Of a stretch of 64,000 bases of DNA, positions 41,201 through 56,200 are shown one piece after another (position 1 is the first letter of the stretch; each line of letters opens with the position of its first letter). The stretch comes from Phoronis australis (lineage: Eukaryota > Animalia > Phoronida). Where the stretch lies: positions 228,439-292,438 of the forward strand of contig NMRA01000208.1 of the NCBI GenBank assembly GCA_002633005.1, read 5' to 3'. A model generated the notes under the pieces. It had not been told where the DNA came from and ran no database searches. It saw only the letters and a list, made by a program, of their open reading frames with translations. The position numbers and the translations under genes are program-made.

Positions 41201-44200
41201 TTTTCCTCACAAAACACTCAATAAACAGCACGCTGTACATCCAGCAAGTGACACAGTAACAAAGTTACGCAGGTTTCTGTAGCACAGCAGACACTTGGAT
41301 TCATGGCAATACTCGGCTCGGCATACTGAGATTTAACAATTTTACGCTGAGGCTTATAAATGCTTGCACAGTGGTAACGATTCTAATTCTTAATTGGAAC
41401 CCAGGGGGCGCATAACCTGAAGAATCATGGTAAATTTGCATTCAACTCATTTCAAATTCCTCATTTGACTGCAAAGCCTATCATTAGTATCCTTGACAGT
41501 TCACACCCTTACCCATAACCAATACACTTAACAGCTCCCACGCAGTACGCAACACTCCCCCCCCCTCACTAATCACTCTCTCACTCCTTCTTACCAATCA
41601 CATCTTCCTCTTCTCCCTCACTCTCATTATCAGGCAGGGCTGGTGGGTCGGCTAGTTTCAGGTCATACTTTCCCTCTTTACCCATTCGGTAGGAGTTAGT
41701 GCTGCCTGTGTCCCATTGGACACGGATCCATCCGTCCTCACCCAGCTCACCAATCACACGGCCAGTACTGGGAGGTGGGCCGTCCTATAACACCAACACG
41801 GAGCATTGATATGCGCCCACTGAGTACATAGCATACAGTGCAAATACACTGAATCTTCATTATTTCAAACATTCCCACTACAGGGAGCAACACAAGTAAG
41901 TTTAAAATAGCATCCAAGGGACACAAAATGAGTCAGCAATGATTTGAGCAGGAACACACCTGCCACCTTTCATCATGATTTTTTTTACAATTAGAAGGAT
42001 AGGGAGGTGGACGATAAAGAACAGCCAAACATAATAAAAAGGCTACTAGGAGGCGCAACATACATTATGTTCATCTAAAATGGACCAAGTGCAGATATTA
42101 AGTGATGATAATAATACTTTCATGAAAATCCATCAGCTGAATGGAACATGGTAAATATCAAGGCAAAGAAAATCAAAATTGCCTGTAGGGGGCTCCACTG
42201 TAGAAGGATTAGTCCCAAAATCCATGACAGCTGTACCCTCCTTAATAAAAATACATAATAAATTTCATGAAGATCCATCAAGGAACTCTGTAGCTATTGA
42301 GCCACATGGAAAAATATATTAAAAAAATTGTCACTCAGGGGAACCACAGCAGTCACACCCATCCAGAAATTGTCAGGTGTACTGTTCCCACTAGGAAAAC
42401 ATGGCAATTTCCATGTTTTGGCCAATAAAGAGATGGACGCCACAACCCTGCTTCAAAAACAATAAAACTGACCATTAAGTGGTGTACAGTACCAACTCCT
42501 TAACAGAAACCCACTTACTAAATTTCATGGAAACTTGTCAAGGAACTCCAAAAACTCAAGAGAAAACAGTAACATTTACTAATAGGGGCCACAGTGGTAG
42601 TCTGAAACATCCAAAAGTCATCATTATAATGTTCATAGAAATACACATAACTAATTCAACAATTAGATTTTGCAACCAGCTGAAGCAAGCAAAAAAACTT
42701 AAATTGCCACTAGGAGGCCCAGCCGTAGTTGGATCCATACGAAATTTTGGTCGTGCGATCCCATAAACAACGGGAACAGCAGACACCATTGGCAGACAAA
42801 AAAGTCTGCATTGTTCAGACAAGAGTTGAAGACCATGTATACCGAATACACGATAAGTTGCTCTTAAAACTGATAACCTAATATCGTCCGCAGCCTACCT
42901 GATCACCCCACTTCCAGTCGTTGCCCCTGACAACACGTGTCCCAACCTTCATCATGGCCGCCAGCTCTGGACCCAGCATGGGTACCTGCTGAGTGACTTT
43001 CTTAGGCTTGCCTTGTTCAAGGACAGCGCATATTGCATTGGGTGGGGACGGGACTCCCTCGGGGTCAGGACCTGAGCAATCACAAACAGCAAGTGGTTAT
43101 ATGGCTGTGCAATGTAAGATAGGTATATTGTGACAATACGTAACATAACTATAACTATAACAGGTATACTGTGACAATACGTAACATAACTATAACAAAC
43201 TCAGAGTAAACTGACAATTTAGCGCACTTTTTGCATTTAGATTTCCTGAATGTACCACGACAGATGCAGAGAAGAAAGTACAAAAACATAATTTGTAAAT
43301 AAAAATGAGCATAGACACTGGTACTGTTGGTACACACAGTAGATGGCGCTACAGTGTCATAGATGGTCACACCACATGACCTAATATAATTACAAGAACA
43401 GGACTGGAACCTAGGACCATCCAAACATATACAGAAGGTCATGAGTCTCTACCTTGGGGGACTGTTTCATGAAAAATGACTTGAAGACTTAAGACAACTT
43501 TGGTCAAACTTTGGTCAAACTTTGGTCATACGCTCCTAATTCTCAAATGTTGGAGAAATGTTTAGCTAAGTAATTACGAGCGCATCACAGTCTAGAAATA
43601 ATTGATAGAAAATATATCAGCGACTATCAGCCACGTAGACATTCTCAGACTTGGCAGCTTTGCTCACTGGTAATATGTAATTATTTTTCAGAAATAGTTG
43701 TGAGGACAATAAGAAGAAATTTCAGTCTTAAGTTATAAGTCACAACAATCAAACCATGGTGACCACAATAACTTACCAGCCAGGCGAAGAATTGTCTGAC
43801 TAAGTCCCAGAATGCCAGAGTTCAGAAGTAGACTGATTCCATTTGCCTGGTTCTCAGAGGTCAGTATAGCTAGTGTAGCCAGCATGAATCGGGCCTGTGG
43901 TAGGGCTCCAAGGGTGATGTTCTCCTGCAAAGTAATGATACTAGGTGTGTACTGATATCATAATCAGAGTCAGATGTGAATATCTACACTCAATGATACT
44001 TACTGTGTACTGATATCATAATCAGTCAGATGTGAACATCTGCACTCAACATATGCAACAACTTAAAAAGATGGGAAAATGTGCTGAGAAGATAACCTGT
44101 GAATATTTGAGAGACAACAATGGAGAGAGAAAATAACAAAACCAATCACCTAGGCACTGCATAATTCCGTATGGTTGGGAGACAACAGGGACATCTAAAT

Positions 44201-47200
44201 GTGATTCTCTGACAATAAAGAATGTGTCCTACATACCTTGGTATTGTCTTGTTGCCCAATGGTTGGGTTGACTCCACGGGACTTGAACAACATCTCTGCC
44301 TCCAGGATATAGTAACGTAACCTGGCAATAGCCCACTTATGAAGCTCCATGTATGACATCTCCAACAGCACACGGTCACATGGTGGAATCAGGCCAACAT
44401 CATTCAAACAGTGGGGCATTGAGCTAGTGAGTGAAGAGAATGAAATTTATGATAAAGGATTATTAACTCTCAAAAGGATTTTGACTAGTATGAAGAGCCC
44501 TGATCACAAACAAACAAATAAGACAATGCCCATGGATAATTTTCTAGATTTCTAATAAGGTACTCTTTCTGGTAGCTAGCTACAAGATTGTTATAAATAT
44601 GACTGGAAAAAAGCTACGATTCAGTGTGGGAAAATGGGGGAATAAGCAAAATTTGGCTTTTTCAGTCCACTGAAACTCAATTTGAGGTTGACTAGTTATG
44701 AAATCTAGATCCAAACGTAGAGCACCCAACGCCCTAGTAAGTAAACCAACCCTCAAACAGGGTTGGAAGTCCGCTCATGAAAGTGTAGAATCACACTCGA
44801 ATTGCACGTCAAACATTAACCTGCATGCATCGAAATTGTGACTGCTTGAACACATTAATTTTATCTTAATAAAACGGCAAATATAATTGCACAGAAATAA
44901 AGCCCTTCGAAAGAACTTATTCACCCTAAGATTTGACTTTTTACATGTCACTCCGCCATTTGCATTTTTTTTACCTACCAGTGAACTCATGGACTAAACC
45001 ATTCACGGAGCTCATTGGCTTGCGTTCAGGTCACCATATAAAGTCATTAGGTCAAAAATTAAACTCACACGATGGCAGACGATTTGATTCGCTGTTATTA
45101 GAAGAAGGTAAAAAAAGAGTGAAAAATAATGAGTATGACTGCGTTTTTCTAAATGTGTCAAGGGAATTTGATTTGGTTGGAAATAATACACTGAACAAGA
45201 ACTTTCCATCCATTCTTTGGGTTTACATCCATTTCATTCATTGGTGATCAGCCCTCCAGTGAATATTCAGCTCTGTTTATTAGTACTGACTACCATAGCC
45301 CTTACTATATATAATCCCAACGTTCAAATGACACGTCGCCACTCTAGCACTTTTGTACTAACTGTATAAACTAGAAAACTGAAAATTCGTAACACTCATT
45401 TGCTCCATTTTTAGTGATATGTGTCGGGAAACACTTTGCAGAAATTCTCTCAAATGCAGATAACTGGAAATTAAATGTTTACAAGAGCAACAAAGAGCGT
45501 TGAAATGCACCCATGACTGCAATGCAAATGGTATGCTTTTAGTGGTGTTGATTAGTATCATAAAAATGGCCACTAGATGGCACAGACAGCGTCTGAAAAT
45601 AGGAAGCTGTTGTTGTCTCCCAAACAGAAAGCTATTTGCTTAAAATTTCATGAAAATCAGTCACGAATTACAGAGAAGAGGTGAATGTGAAAAAAACAAA
45701 CTGTTATTAAGAGGCGAAGCATTAATCCAACCCTACATCTGTTAAGTTAATAGGAATACACTTGTCAAGGTTCTAAATACTTAGAAGGCACAGCAGCTTC
45801 AGATGCAAAAATGTCACTAGGGGGCACTACAGTAGTTGGACCCATCTGAAAAATCCATGTCAGTTGTGCTTTTTCATAATGATCCTTTGTGTGGTTTGGC
45901 AAATACAGAGGCAGACAACTAAAGAATAATAAAAGAATAATAAAACTAGCCACTAGGTGGTGCAGAATACACTAAATCCATTGCGAAATAGAATGCTGCT
46001 ATCGCCATCATAACAAAAATTTGCTTGCCAAATTTCATAAAAAATGTCAAAGAGCTCTGAAGGTACAGAGGCAAATGTAAAAACTAAATTTGCAATTGGG
46101 GGTACAGCTATATTGACAACTGTCCAAAAGTCATAGGCGGCCATAGTCACATAACACTTGCAAAATTTCACAAAGATCATTCAAAGCAGTAATGAGATAA
46201 TCACCACTAGGGTTGCCACAGTTGTCAGACTCGTAAAAAATCAGTGTCAGTCATAGTCTTCTCATTACGAACAAATCTGTCAAGTTTTTAAATGATCCTT
46301 TAAGTGGTTTGAAACAGAGCCCTGAACAGCTTGCATGAGCAGAGAATCATTACACATAGTACTTACCCAACTTTGTTGCAGCCATGATTCAACAAGCCCT
46401 GCCAGCCAGACAACACAGCATGGATCACCGAGGGAATCAGAAAGTCTTTATGCACCAAATTCAGCATGCTCTGAATTCCCTTGAGCCTTGTTTCCGCTCT
46501 CTCCACTTGGTGGTGCAACGATCGCCGCAGCTTCTCAATGTCTATAGGGTTGTCATACATGACAAATTCCATAATTTTATTGATGAGGCTGGTGTCAGCA
46601 GATGAACCAGTCATTCTCTGTTTCAGACATTGAAGACGAGCCGGGTTGGACACAGCCTGCACCAGAGGGAGCCACATGTCCTGTTCACAAAATAAAATCA
46701 ATATAACCAACTTGAAACTATTATTAAACTAAAACCACTACCATTGAAAACATTTTAATTAGAAATTTTAGTTCAACACCAGATTGAATCTTTCAAGAGT
46801 CACGTCTTGTCAATTTCTGAGAAAGCTATTTGCAAGTTAGTATACATAACATTTCAGACGTAGGTGGCACATTTAAATACACAAGAGACTAATGCAGCCT
46901 TTTGACAGGCTTCTGTAGTAATTTCTACCCAGTACCTTTTGTTCAGTGTCGCATCTGTCTCGACCGCATTTCGAAGGTCTCCTGGCAACAGAGGGCAAAG
47001 GGGAAGCCTCTTCATTTGCTGAAATCTTGGCCTGTAATTCCTCATCTCCGCCCACAGCCTCATCTTCAAATCCGACAACAACTTGTTCCAGCTGCACTTC
47101 ATTCATCTCCGTGAACACAGTAGACTCTGCAAATGAACACATGTTACAATGGCAGGTCAATCCAACTATCGTACTTTAATATAATTGAACAGTCATGACC

Positions 47201-50200
47201 ACAAAACAGGGACCACCATGACCCTCATACAAAAGTGGAACACCTTGAAAAGAATTTCTAGCAACATTTTGGAGAGCAGTGCACAAAGCATAGTAACCAT
47301 AGTAACCTAATAGCTAAAGGAAGGCTTATTTGTCTTGATAGAGAGTAGAGAACATGGCCCTGTTGCAATAGTGGAAAGGTGCAATCAGAAATACACTGTC
47401 TTCTGGAATGTAAGTTATATTCTGATTTGCGCAGTTTTTGCCTATATTCTACAGGGTGGACGAAGCAGTATACAGGGTTCTCCTGCAGACCCATGATTTA
47501 AATATCTTGAGAAAAATGGTAAAAATTTAATTAATGGTTAGAAACGTCGAAACAATTTTGGTTTAGATATCCTGTACTATCTGTTTATTTTTATGGGCCA
47601 AAGGTCTATTGACGTGAAATTATAAATTTATATAATCAGTCAAGATATGAAGTTTCGAAGTGAGTGAAATTTGGACATTTCTCTTGGTTCAACATCAACT
47701 TAAAGAGAAAATAACTTACAAGAAGTTTGTGAACGCAGAACTTAAGAAACAGAAACAGTATTGAAAAAATCAGACTTGGCACAAAAGTTCCATAACTCAC
47801 TGACTCTCTCTTTCCGTTTGTCTTGAATTACTTTCAATATGGCCTGCTTCCATCTTGGTGAACTCTTCAGGAGTCGTGACCTCTTGACGGCATTAGCCTC
47901 ATTTCCAATGGCCGGTCCGAGCTCATTGAACAGGAAATGACATCGCTCAATGACTGGTGCACAAACTTCTTTGTAAGATCTGCTTAGATCTTGATGAGCC
48001 TAAAAAATTCCATGCAGTTTTAGATTAATGTTTGCTCGACCCGACATAAAAATTATGAAACATGCCAGAATAAGGAGTTGCGTTTAACCAAACCTATTAC
48101 GGAAACAGCTTCAAAATTCAAATATTCTATTAATTTAGGCATTTCACAGCTACGTTGAGAAAAAATATTGACATCACAACTCGCATCAATAGAGGACGCC
48201 AATATCAGTTAGACACAAGAATGGAACAAGTGAACGCACCTTGACAAGAGCTCTCTTAGCCTGGTAAACAACACGGCACACCTCGGCCAGTGACTTGGGG
48301 AAGATGTGCTTGTGGTGTCCAATGTCATGTTGAAGGCCATGCTCTACAAGGCCCAATGCAAGGTGGGCCAGATCATGGTGTTTGACTAGGACGGCTGTCA
48401 ACAGTCTGTAACAATGAAGGATTTGAGAGAGGGCTGTTAGCAAGACGGTCAAGCACCAAAGATGACACAAATAACGATGGAGACTGTGGCTCTAGAGGCG
48501 CCATCTGCACACCCAGTTTGTCAACAACAGTCCGCAATAAAGGAACAGCAGTGAATTTTGGTATGCAAATTAATACATATTATTTATTTCCAGCGCATAC
48601 AATTCTGCGTTTACAAACGATTCTCAATCATAAAAACATGAGAAGTATAAGTGATATCCATCAAATATTAGGGCCAACAAATATACTTCTTTACAAACTG
48701 CTTGATGCTCACAAATCTATACAAAATATTCAAATGGGAAAGGCAACGGAGCAAGACAGATAGTCAAAGCACGGCACTGCAGATGTGGGTCACTGTGGAC
48801 AAGGCATCTTCAGTGCAGTTTTGCATAATATGTGACTATTGCATCTATTTATAAAATACCCAAAGATTGACAAGTAATTCAATGATACGATAAACGTTTT
48901 CTGAGTTTCTAAAACATTTTTGGTAAAACGGCATTGATGAGCATAGAAATTTCTGCACATTCAGCAGGGCAAGAATTTTTCCCCACGCGACATTCTTGAG
49001 CAACAAGACTTAGTGCTTTGCTCAAATATCACAAAAATTTCAACTCCAAACTTCCATTAATAGTTGCATTATGTGCAATGATATTTACATGTCAAGTGAA
49101 CAGCCCTGTTGGGATGTAGTGAGTAGTTCTTAAAAGAACTGTTGTTTTTTGGCTCATGGTGTTAATTCGCTCAAAGACAACGCAAAAGTCCCTATCAAGT
49201 GATTATATTCGCCAGCACAATAAACGCAAACGGTCTACCAACATGGACGCTCTGGAACGCTCCTCCAGCTAGTGGGGAGAGGTGAAACACCAGAGACGCC
49301 TGGCGGCTAATACAAAGCTTAACACCAACANTGAAGGCCATGCTCTACAAGGCCCAATGCAAGGTGGGCCAGATCATGGTGTTTGACTAGGACGGCTGTC
49401 AACAGTCTGTAACAATGAAGGATTTGAGAGAGGGCTGTTAGCAAGACGGTCAAGCACCAAAGACAACACAACTAATGATGGAGACTGTGGCTCTAGAGGG
49501 CGCCATTTGTACACCAAGTTTGTCAACAACAGTCCGCAATAAAGGAACAACAGTGAATTTTGGTATGCATACTAATACATATTATTTATTTCCAGCACAT
49601 ACAATTCTGCGTTTACAAACAATTCTCAATCATAAAAACATGAAAAGTATAAGTGATATACATCAAATATTAGGGCCAACAAATATACTTCTTTACAAAC
49701 TCTTGATGCTCACAAATCTATACAAAATATTCAAATGGAAAAGGCAACGGAGCAAGACAGATAGTCAAAGCACGGCACTGCAGATGTGGCTCACTGTGGA
49801 CAAGGCATCTTCAGTAATGTTTTACATAATAGGTGACTATTGCATCTATTTATAAAATACCCAAAGATTGACAAGTAATTTAATGCTACGATAAACGTTT
49901 TTTGAGTTTCTAAAACATTTTTGGTAAAACGGCATTGACGAGCATAGAAATTTCTGCACATTCAGCAGGGCAAGAATTTTTCCCCACGCGACATTCTTGA
50001 GCAACAAGATTTAGTGCTTTTGCTCAAATATCACAAAAATTTCAATTCCAAACTTCCATTAATAGCTACATTATGTGCAAAGATATTTACATGTCAAGTG
50101 AACAGCCCTGTTGGGATGTAGTGAGTAGTTCTTAAAAGAACTGTTGTTTTTTGGCTCATGGAACACGCCATGTTTGTGATGAGACCATCACTCATAGTTG

Positions 50201-53200
50201 AGGTGTTCAGTGTAGCCAAACGCATCACGTCTCAACTGAAACACTTCAACAGCCTTCCTCTCTGCATACTCTTCATACATCTTCTTTATACCGATAGTCA
50301 CAGAGTATCGATTATACAGTTGACTGGCTCGCATTGTGTGATTGGCCTTCAGCGCTCGCTCTAACCTGACAGTTGTATCCTTCACTTCCCGATCAATCAC
50401 CTTTATCTGTTTATAACACCTGAGGTACTTCTGTTGCTCTTGATACAGTCTGGCATGAAGATTAAATTTCTCCATGTTAACCATAAAGAGATATGATGTC
50501 TTGTTAGAGCACAGTGTAGAGATATGATGTCTTGTCTGTCTCAGACTTGAATGTCCCTGGTGCAGAGCTCTGCTAACTTATATTCTATGTCAAGATGCCA
50601 CAAAACATAATACAACTCTGGCTGATGAAGTCACGAGAAAGCTAACACACTTTATGTATTCCTTCTTCACACTAAACCCATAATGAATTCCCAGTATTCA
50701 GATGTCTTTACACCCTTGTTACTTAAGGCTACCCCACCAATAACTGTCCTATTGTTACATCAAAGCAAATCAACTTGACTAATCCCTTTGATCTGGTAAC
50801 TTCAAATGGCTTCATCAGCATTACAGTTTCACTTTTACTTTATAGGAGCATTTAACAAAATTGACTGATGAAACTAGTCACAGCAAATGTTTGTAAAAAT
50901 AACCACTAATACATTTTAAGTCTAGGCATACTGCTATGTGAAAAAATACCTGTCCATTAAAAACATCAGAGCAAACTATGGAAAATACCTGGCACGGTTA
51001 TTGAGCATTTTTGGTGAAGTTTTAATTTAAAATTTGGTGAATGCTGGTGAAAGGACTTTTCCCCTATCAACGTACCTTTCAAAAAACAATGTTCTTGCAA
51101 AAAATGCATGGTCACATAATCATGCGAATGACACAGTGTCATGATTGACAATGGTTTTTTTTCGATTCCCAGTTTCACAAAAATAAAATACATTTAGGAA
51201 TTGACAGTCCCTTGTTACTTAGACATTTCAAGCAGAGGTCAACATTTTAATTAGGGCTAATTGTAACCTTAATTGTTTTAACATTCTCAAATCCTTCAAA
51301 TAAAATTTCAGTATTTTCAATGCTGAATATGAACAAAAAATTCAATCGAATGAAATTTTTATTCTATAATTAACCCTGCATTAAATATGAAATGTCCATA
51401 GTACACCTAGTTTGCAATACTTATCAACAAGTTGTAATAATTTCACTTTACTTTAATAGTTTATTATGTAAATCTTGAACCGGAGTGGAAATATAGATCA
51501 CAAACATTTTTTAAAAGTGTCTGATGTTCACGTCACCTGTTGCTCATTAGGTCATGTGACGTGGCTAACAGGTGGCGTGCAGACAAGACTTATGTGAACT
51601 TTTATAGTTCAAGGCAAATCCAATGACTGCCAACAATTACATGTACCATACACATTCTTTGATTTGGGGCCAAACTAATTACCATAATTGCCATTGACAA
51701 TTTAGCAAAATCTATTTCTACTTTGTGACAGATGGTCAAACTTGTAAAACGTATTGTTCGAAGACAGCTGTCCATTTAAAATATTACTAAAAGCTAATGG
51801 GTATTAAACAAACTGAATAATGAAGACATCAAAGAGTTTAGGATGCCCTTTAATGCATTCAGTAACACACAAGTGCATGCTGGGTATTTCAGGTTATCAG
51901 TGACACAGTCAACACACAATCTTTTGTGGTGTCTCAGTACAGGATATATCATTTAACACAATGAGACTCATTCAAGTCTGAAGCAGGCAAGACATGAGAT
52001 CTCTATACTGTTAAAATGGAAAAAAATTATCATCATGTCAGACTGTATCAAGGGCAACAGAAGTACCTCAGGTGTTGTAAACAGAAAAAGGTGATTGATC
52101 GGGAAGTGAAGGATACAACTGTCAGGTTAGAGCGTGCGCTGAAGGCCAATCACACAGTGCAAGCCAATCATCTGTATAATCGATACTCTGTGACTATCGG
52201 TATAAAGAAGATGTATGAAAAGTATGCAGAGAGGAAGGCTGTTGAAGTGTTTCAGTTGAGACGTGATGCGTTTGGCTACAGTGAACACCTCAACTATGAG
52301 TGATGGTCCCATCACAAACATGGTGTACTCTATGAGTCAAACAGTTCTTTTAAGAAATGTTCACTACTCACTGTTCACTTCCTGTTTTTCTCCATTTCAT
52401 ACAACAAGCCTACTTGGCAAATAGTTAACAAACCTTCAGCTCATCAATAACGATTGAAAGTATTTGACAACAATGTAACGATTTTCTAAACAAAAATCTT
52501 TGCCTATTGAATTATGACTTACTTCTAAGCCAAAAAATTCTATTAACCATGATTACCTGAATAACTATGACACAAACACATTATGAACGTGAACTGGCAT
52601 TTTATTCTTTCAACTACCAGAGTGTATTCAAAAAAATCTCTTTCATAAGTCATATCCACAAGGTAAGTTACCCTAGAACAAGTTTTCTTAGAGAAACTTA
52701 ACCCCAGTCAGCCAAGCGTCTACACTACACACCCTGCACCTTGTGTGTTTTATAACTGAACAAGAGTGCAGCTGGTGATTCCTTGCACCTTGTCTGCAGG
52801 TTTGAGTCCATACTATCACTTGCATTGGGGTAAGTTATCCTAGAATAAGTAACTTGTTCTAGGGTGACTTGTGGTGTGAACGGCACTATAGATTTAAAGA
52901 AATCATTAAGTTCAGATCCCACAAAAAACAACTTAGACACTGAGAGTCTGGTTCAAGGCAATTTTGATTTTTTTTGTTCCTTACCAAGCAAATATAGTTT
53001 GACACAATGTACAAATCAGTAACACAGCAAATATTTTGAGAAGCAAAGTTTCATTCTCCAGAAAGGCGAGTCATTCCTCTCTATTGTGGAGTTCTTAAAG
53101 AAGTCATCACCGTGAGAGAGCACGGACTGTGGTGACAAACATTTGAGAAATCAGTAACTAAGTGAGATTTTCCAATACACAATTGTTTATTCATAACACT

Positions 53201-56200
53201 TCTACCGACAATATCTGATTGTATGAGTTTTCAGTAACAAAATACAGGGCCCATTTCTGTGTCAAAGTGATGCATCAGTCAATTCTTTCCAGCCCACCCT
53301 GTACATACCAGCCCACCCTGTACATACCAGTTCACCCTGTACATACCTGCCCACTTCCTCAATGGGATGGTCTGGTGGGAACTCTAATGGCAGCACCAGG
53401 TGATGATGTTTGGCATAGCGATGGACATAGCCCAAGAAACTCTTGACTGCAGGGTCATTGATTCTGCCCTCCATCAGAGCCTGCAGGAATGGCCTAGAGG
53501 TATCGCTCTGTGCAGCCTCACTGTCAAACAACTGTTCCTTACTCTGTTGTAAGATGGGTACTTTCTGTTCTACAGTCGGGGTGGTGCCTGCAGGGACACA
53601 ACAGACAGTTGTACACAATGTTGTCACTAACAAGTTTTCACTCACATGCTATAGATGTTTTATCTGAAACATTTGTCAGCAGTCCTCTTGTAAGCATAAC
53701 CTTGTTGAATACACAACATAATTTCCATTAATTTTTTGTCGTACCTGCTACATAGTTACCTGTCATATTTCTTGTATCATGCATTAGTCTTGTTCCATAC
53801 CTATGCACAAATCTCTAATCTAGTTGGCTTAGACTGTGAAATGTTTACAACTACCACACAGATGTCTCTTTGTGACTGTTTTGGCATCAACGACTCAAAT
53901 CTATATTTTGATATTATTCCATACGCGTTGAATCTGTCGAGGGAAATATGGCCATGTTATAAAGTTTTCCGTATTCACCTCCCGCACTACTTCAACAGTG
54001 ACCTCTGACATGGAAAGTTCAAAAGGTAGGTCAATGTCGACTCAACGTCGTTAGCCAGTTTGATCACCAAACTTTCCCAACGTGAAAGTATATACATATA
54101 GGATGTGATACGCCAAATAAACAGTCTGAGTGAAGTATTTAAAAAATCTGCGGAAAAAGTGAAAGAAACTTAGGAATTCGAAGCGCATGGGATAAATACA
54201 AGACGTACCTCGATTGGCGTACATGACGTAATATCCTACTCGACATTATTCCGCATATCGACCAAGACCGAAGGGGATATTAAGTCATGTACGCCACTCT
54301 CGGTACATTTTGTGTACGTATTTGTGCTGACCAATTACAGTTTCATTTAATTCACCGCTAACACTACTCACTAGGGGTAGTGGTGCGGTAACCCCACTCA
54401 CCTGGGGTGGTGGTACAATAACCCCACTCACCTGGGGTGGTGGTACAAGAGCTTGGAGTCCTACTCTCACCCTTCTCTTCTTCAAATGGATTTTTAGGCT
54501 GCAGAAGCTGTAGTCCACCTGCGAAGAACTCCGAGGACAGCCAATGACGGTACTCCTCCTCCTCGGCAGACAGAGCGCTGCTACGTGTCTGGCTGGAGGC
54601 ATGTAGTCCCAGTAGGAGGCCCAGGACACGTTCCGTGTCCATCAACGGTGAGGAGGCAGTGCTGGCATCTGTGGTTTGCACCACATCATGTTCAGCCTGG
54701 GAAATAGAGAACAAGTGAGAATATGACAAGGTGACACAAACAGCCCTGCTTCAGATAAATACATCCTGGCATTTTGGATTTGGTGGGGAACTAGTAAATG
54801 AAATGACATCATCTCTTTGACAGAAAACAAATTGCAAAATTTCGTCAAAATCTATCACCACAATTAAAAGATACAAAGACAAGCATATAAAATAAAATCA
54901 CCACTAGGGGACACAGTAGTACATGTATCATCATGAATCTCGTCATCATCTGTCATGTGCTTCACAGGAACACATGCATCAAATCTCATCAAGATCTTAC
55001 AATGTGTCTACAAGATACAGCATCGAATGCCAAACACACAGACAGAGATGACAGCTCTATGCACCCAGATAATGTCAGCACACAATAATGTACCTGACGA
55101 AGGCCTCATAGGACTGTATGATCCAAACACCACAAGTTACAATCCAAACAAAACAGCAATTCACAATTTCATTAATCAGGAGAGTTACTTACATCTAGGT
55201 ACTGGCCAACATAGAAGGCTCTCATCATTTCTCTAGCTTGGTCAGAATGTGGTGCTTCCTCGAACGCCTGGCTGGCGTCTTTTCCTGTCAAAGTAAAGTC
55301 TCCAGTAACCAAATATTATCTCAACTGATTACACAAACATTAAACTTATTGCCAGAAATTAAATGCTTAACCTAAAAACAAGACAAAGTGCCCTACTTTT
55401 ATATAAAAATATAAATATTGAACAAAGTTCAGCACATCACAACACTGCCCACAGTGACCATAGTTTTTATGATTACTGCACCCATCTTTCTACAATAACC
55501 CTGCTCCTCAACTTGTACATGCATAAGCCCCCTCTGCAGGCCACTATAGGACCTATGATGCATCACCCACATGACACTGACTCCCCAACTTACCTGCCCA
55601 CTCCAGGAGTCTCTGCAGGCCACATGGTGCTTGTGACTTAAAGTCCTGGATGTCATACACCTTGTCGTGGATAACCACCCACAGACCACCATCTTTGTTG
55701 TGGTTTTCGAGGTCAGAAGGTCGGATCACCTGCACATCTTCACAGGTTTTCATGTGAAACTTTTCCAAACGGGAACCTGTCATACATCAAGAAGGGTTGC
55801 AGTCAGGAACACTATTGCAACTGGTTACATCATTCATCAAACAAAATTCAGGAGCAGTGCCTTTTTCAATAGAATCAAGCGCAACAGAACACACCACAAC
55901 ATGACACACATCAGTCGCTCAGAACATCACACATACTGACATAAAACACTGTAGAACACTATCCGACTGGCAATGAACATGTAAACCACCTGAACAATTT
56001 CAACTGAAGTCTAGTTTGAAGTTCACAAGGATACAGAGATGGCCTTATTAGCAGCTTAAGAAACAATCTTACACATCCTACGCTACAAAGTTCAACAGAC
56101 GTTACAATACCAATCAATCCTGGCCAAGCTAGCTCTTCATTTTCATCACGGTCGAGCCCTGGTGCCAACTTGTTGAACTTGTCCAAGATTGGCAACACCC

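Noticed and set aside
49332-49406. Apparent duplicated HERC2 exon (possible mutually exclusive exon)
   Set aside because: It is truncated exactly at a single N and the flanking intron is near-identical, which is typical of a haplotype overlap
55193-55776. Cyt-b5 domain lacking the HPGG heme-ligand His (APCG)
   Set aside because: A degenerate heme motif is expected for the HERC2 cyt-b5-like domain, so it is not novel
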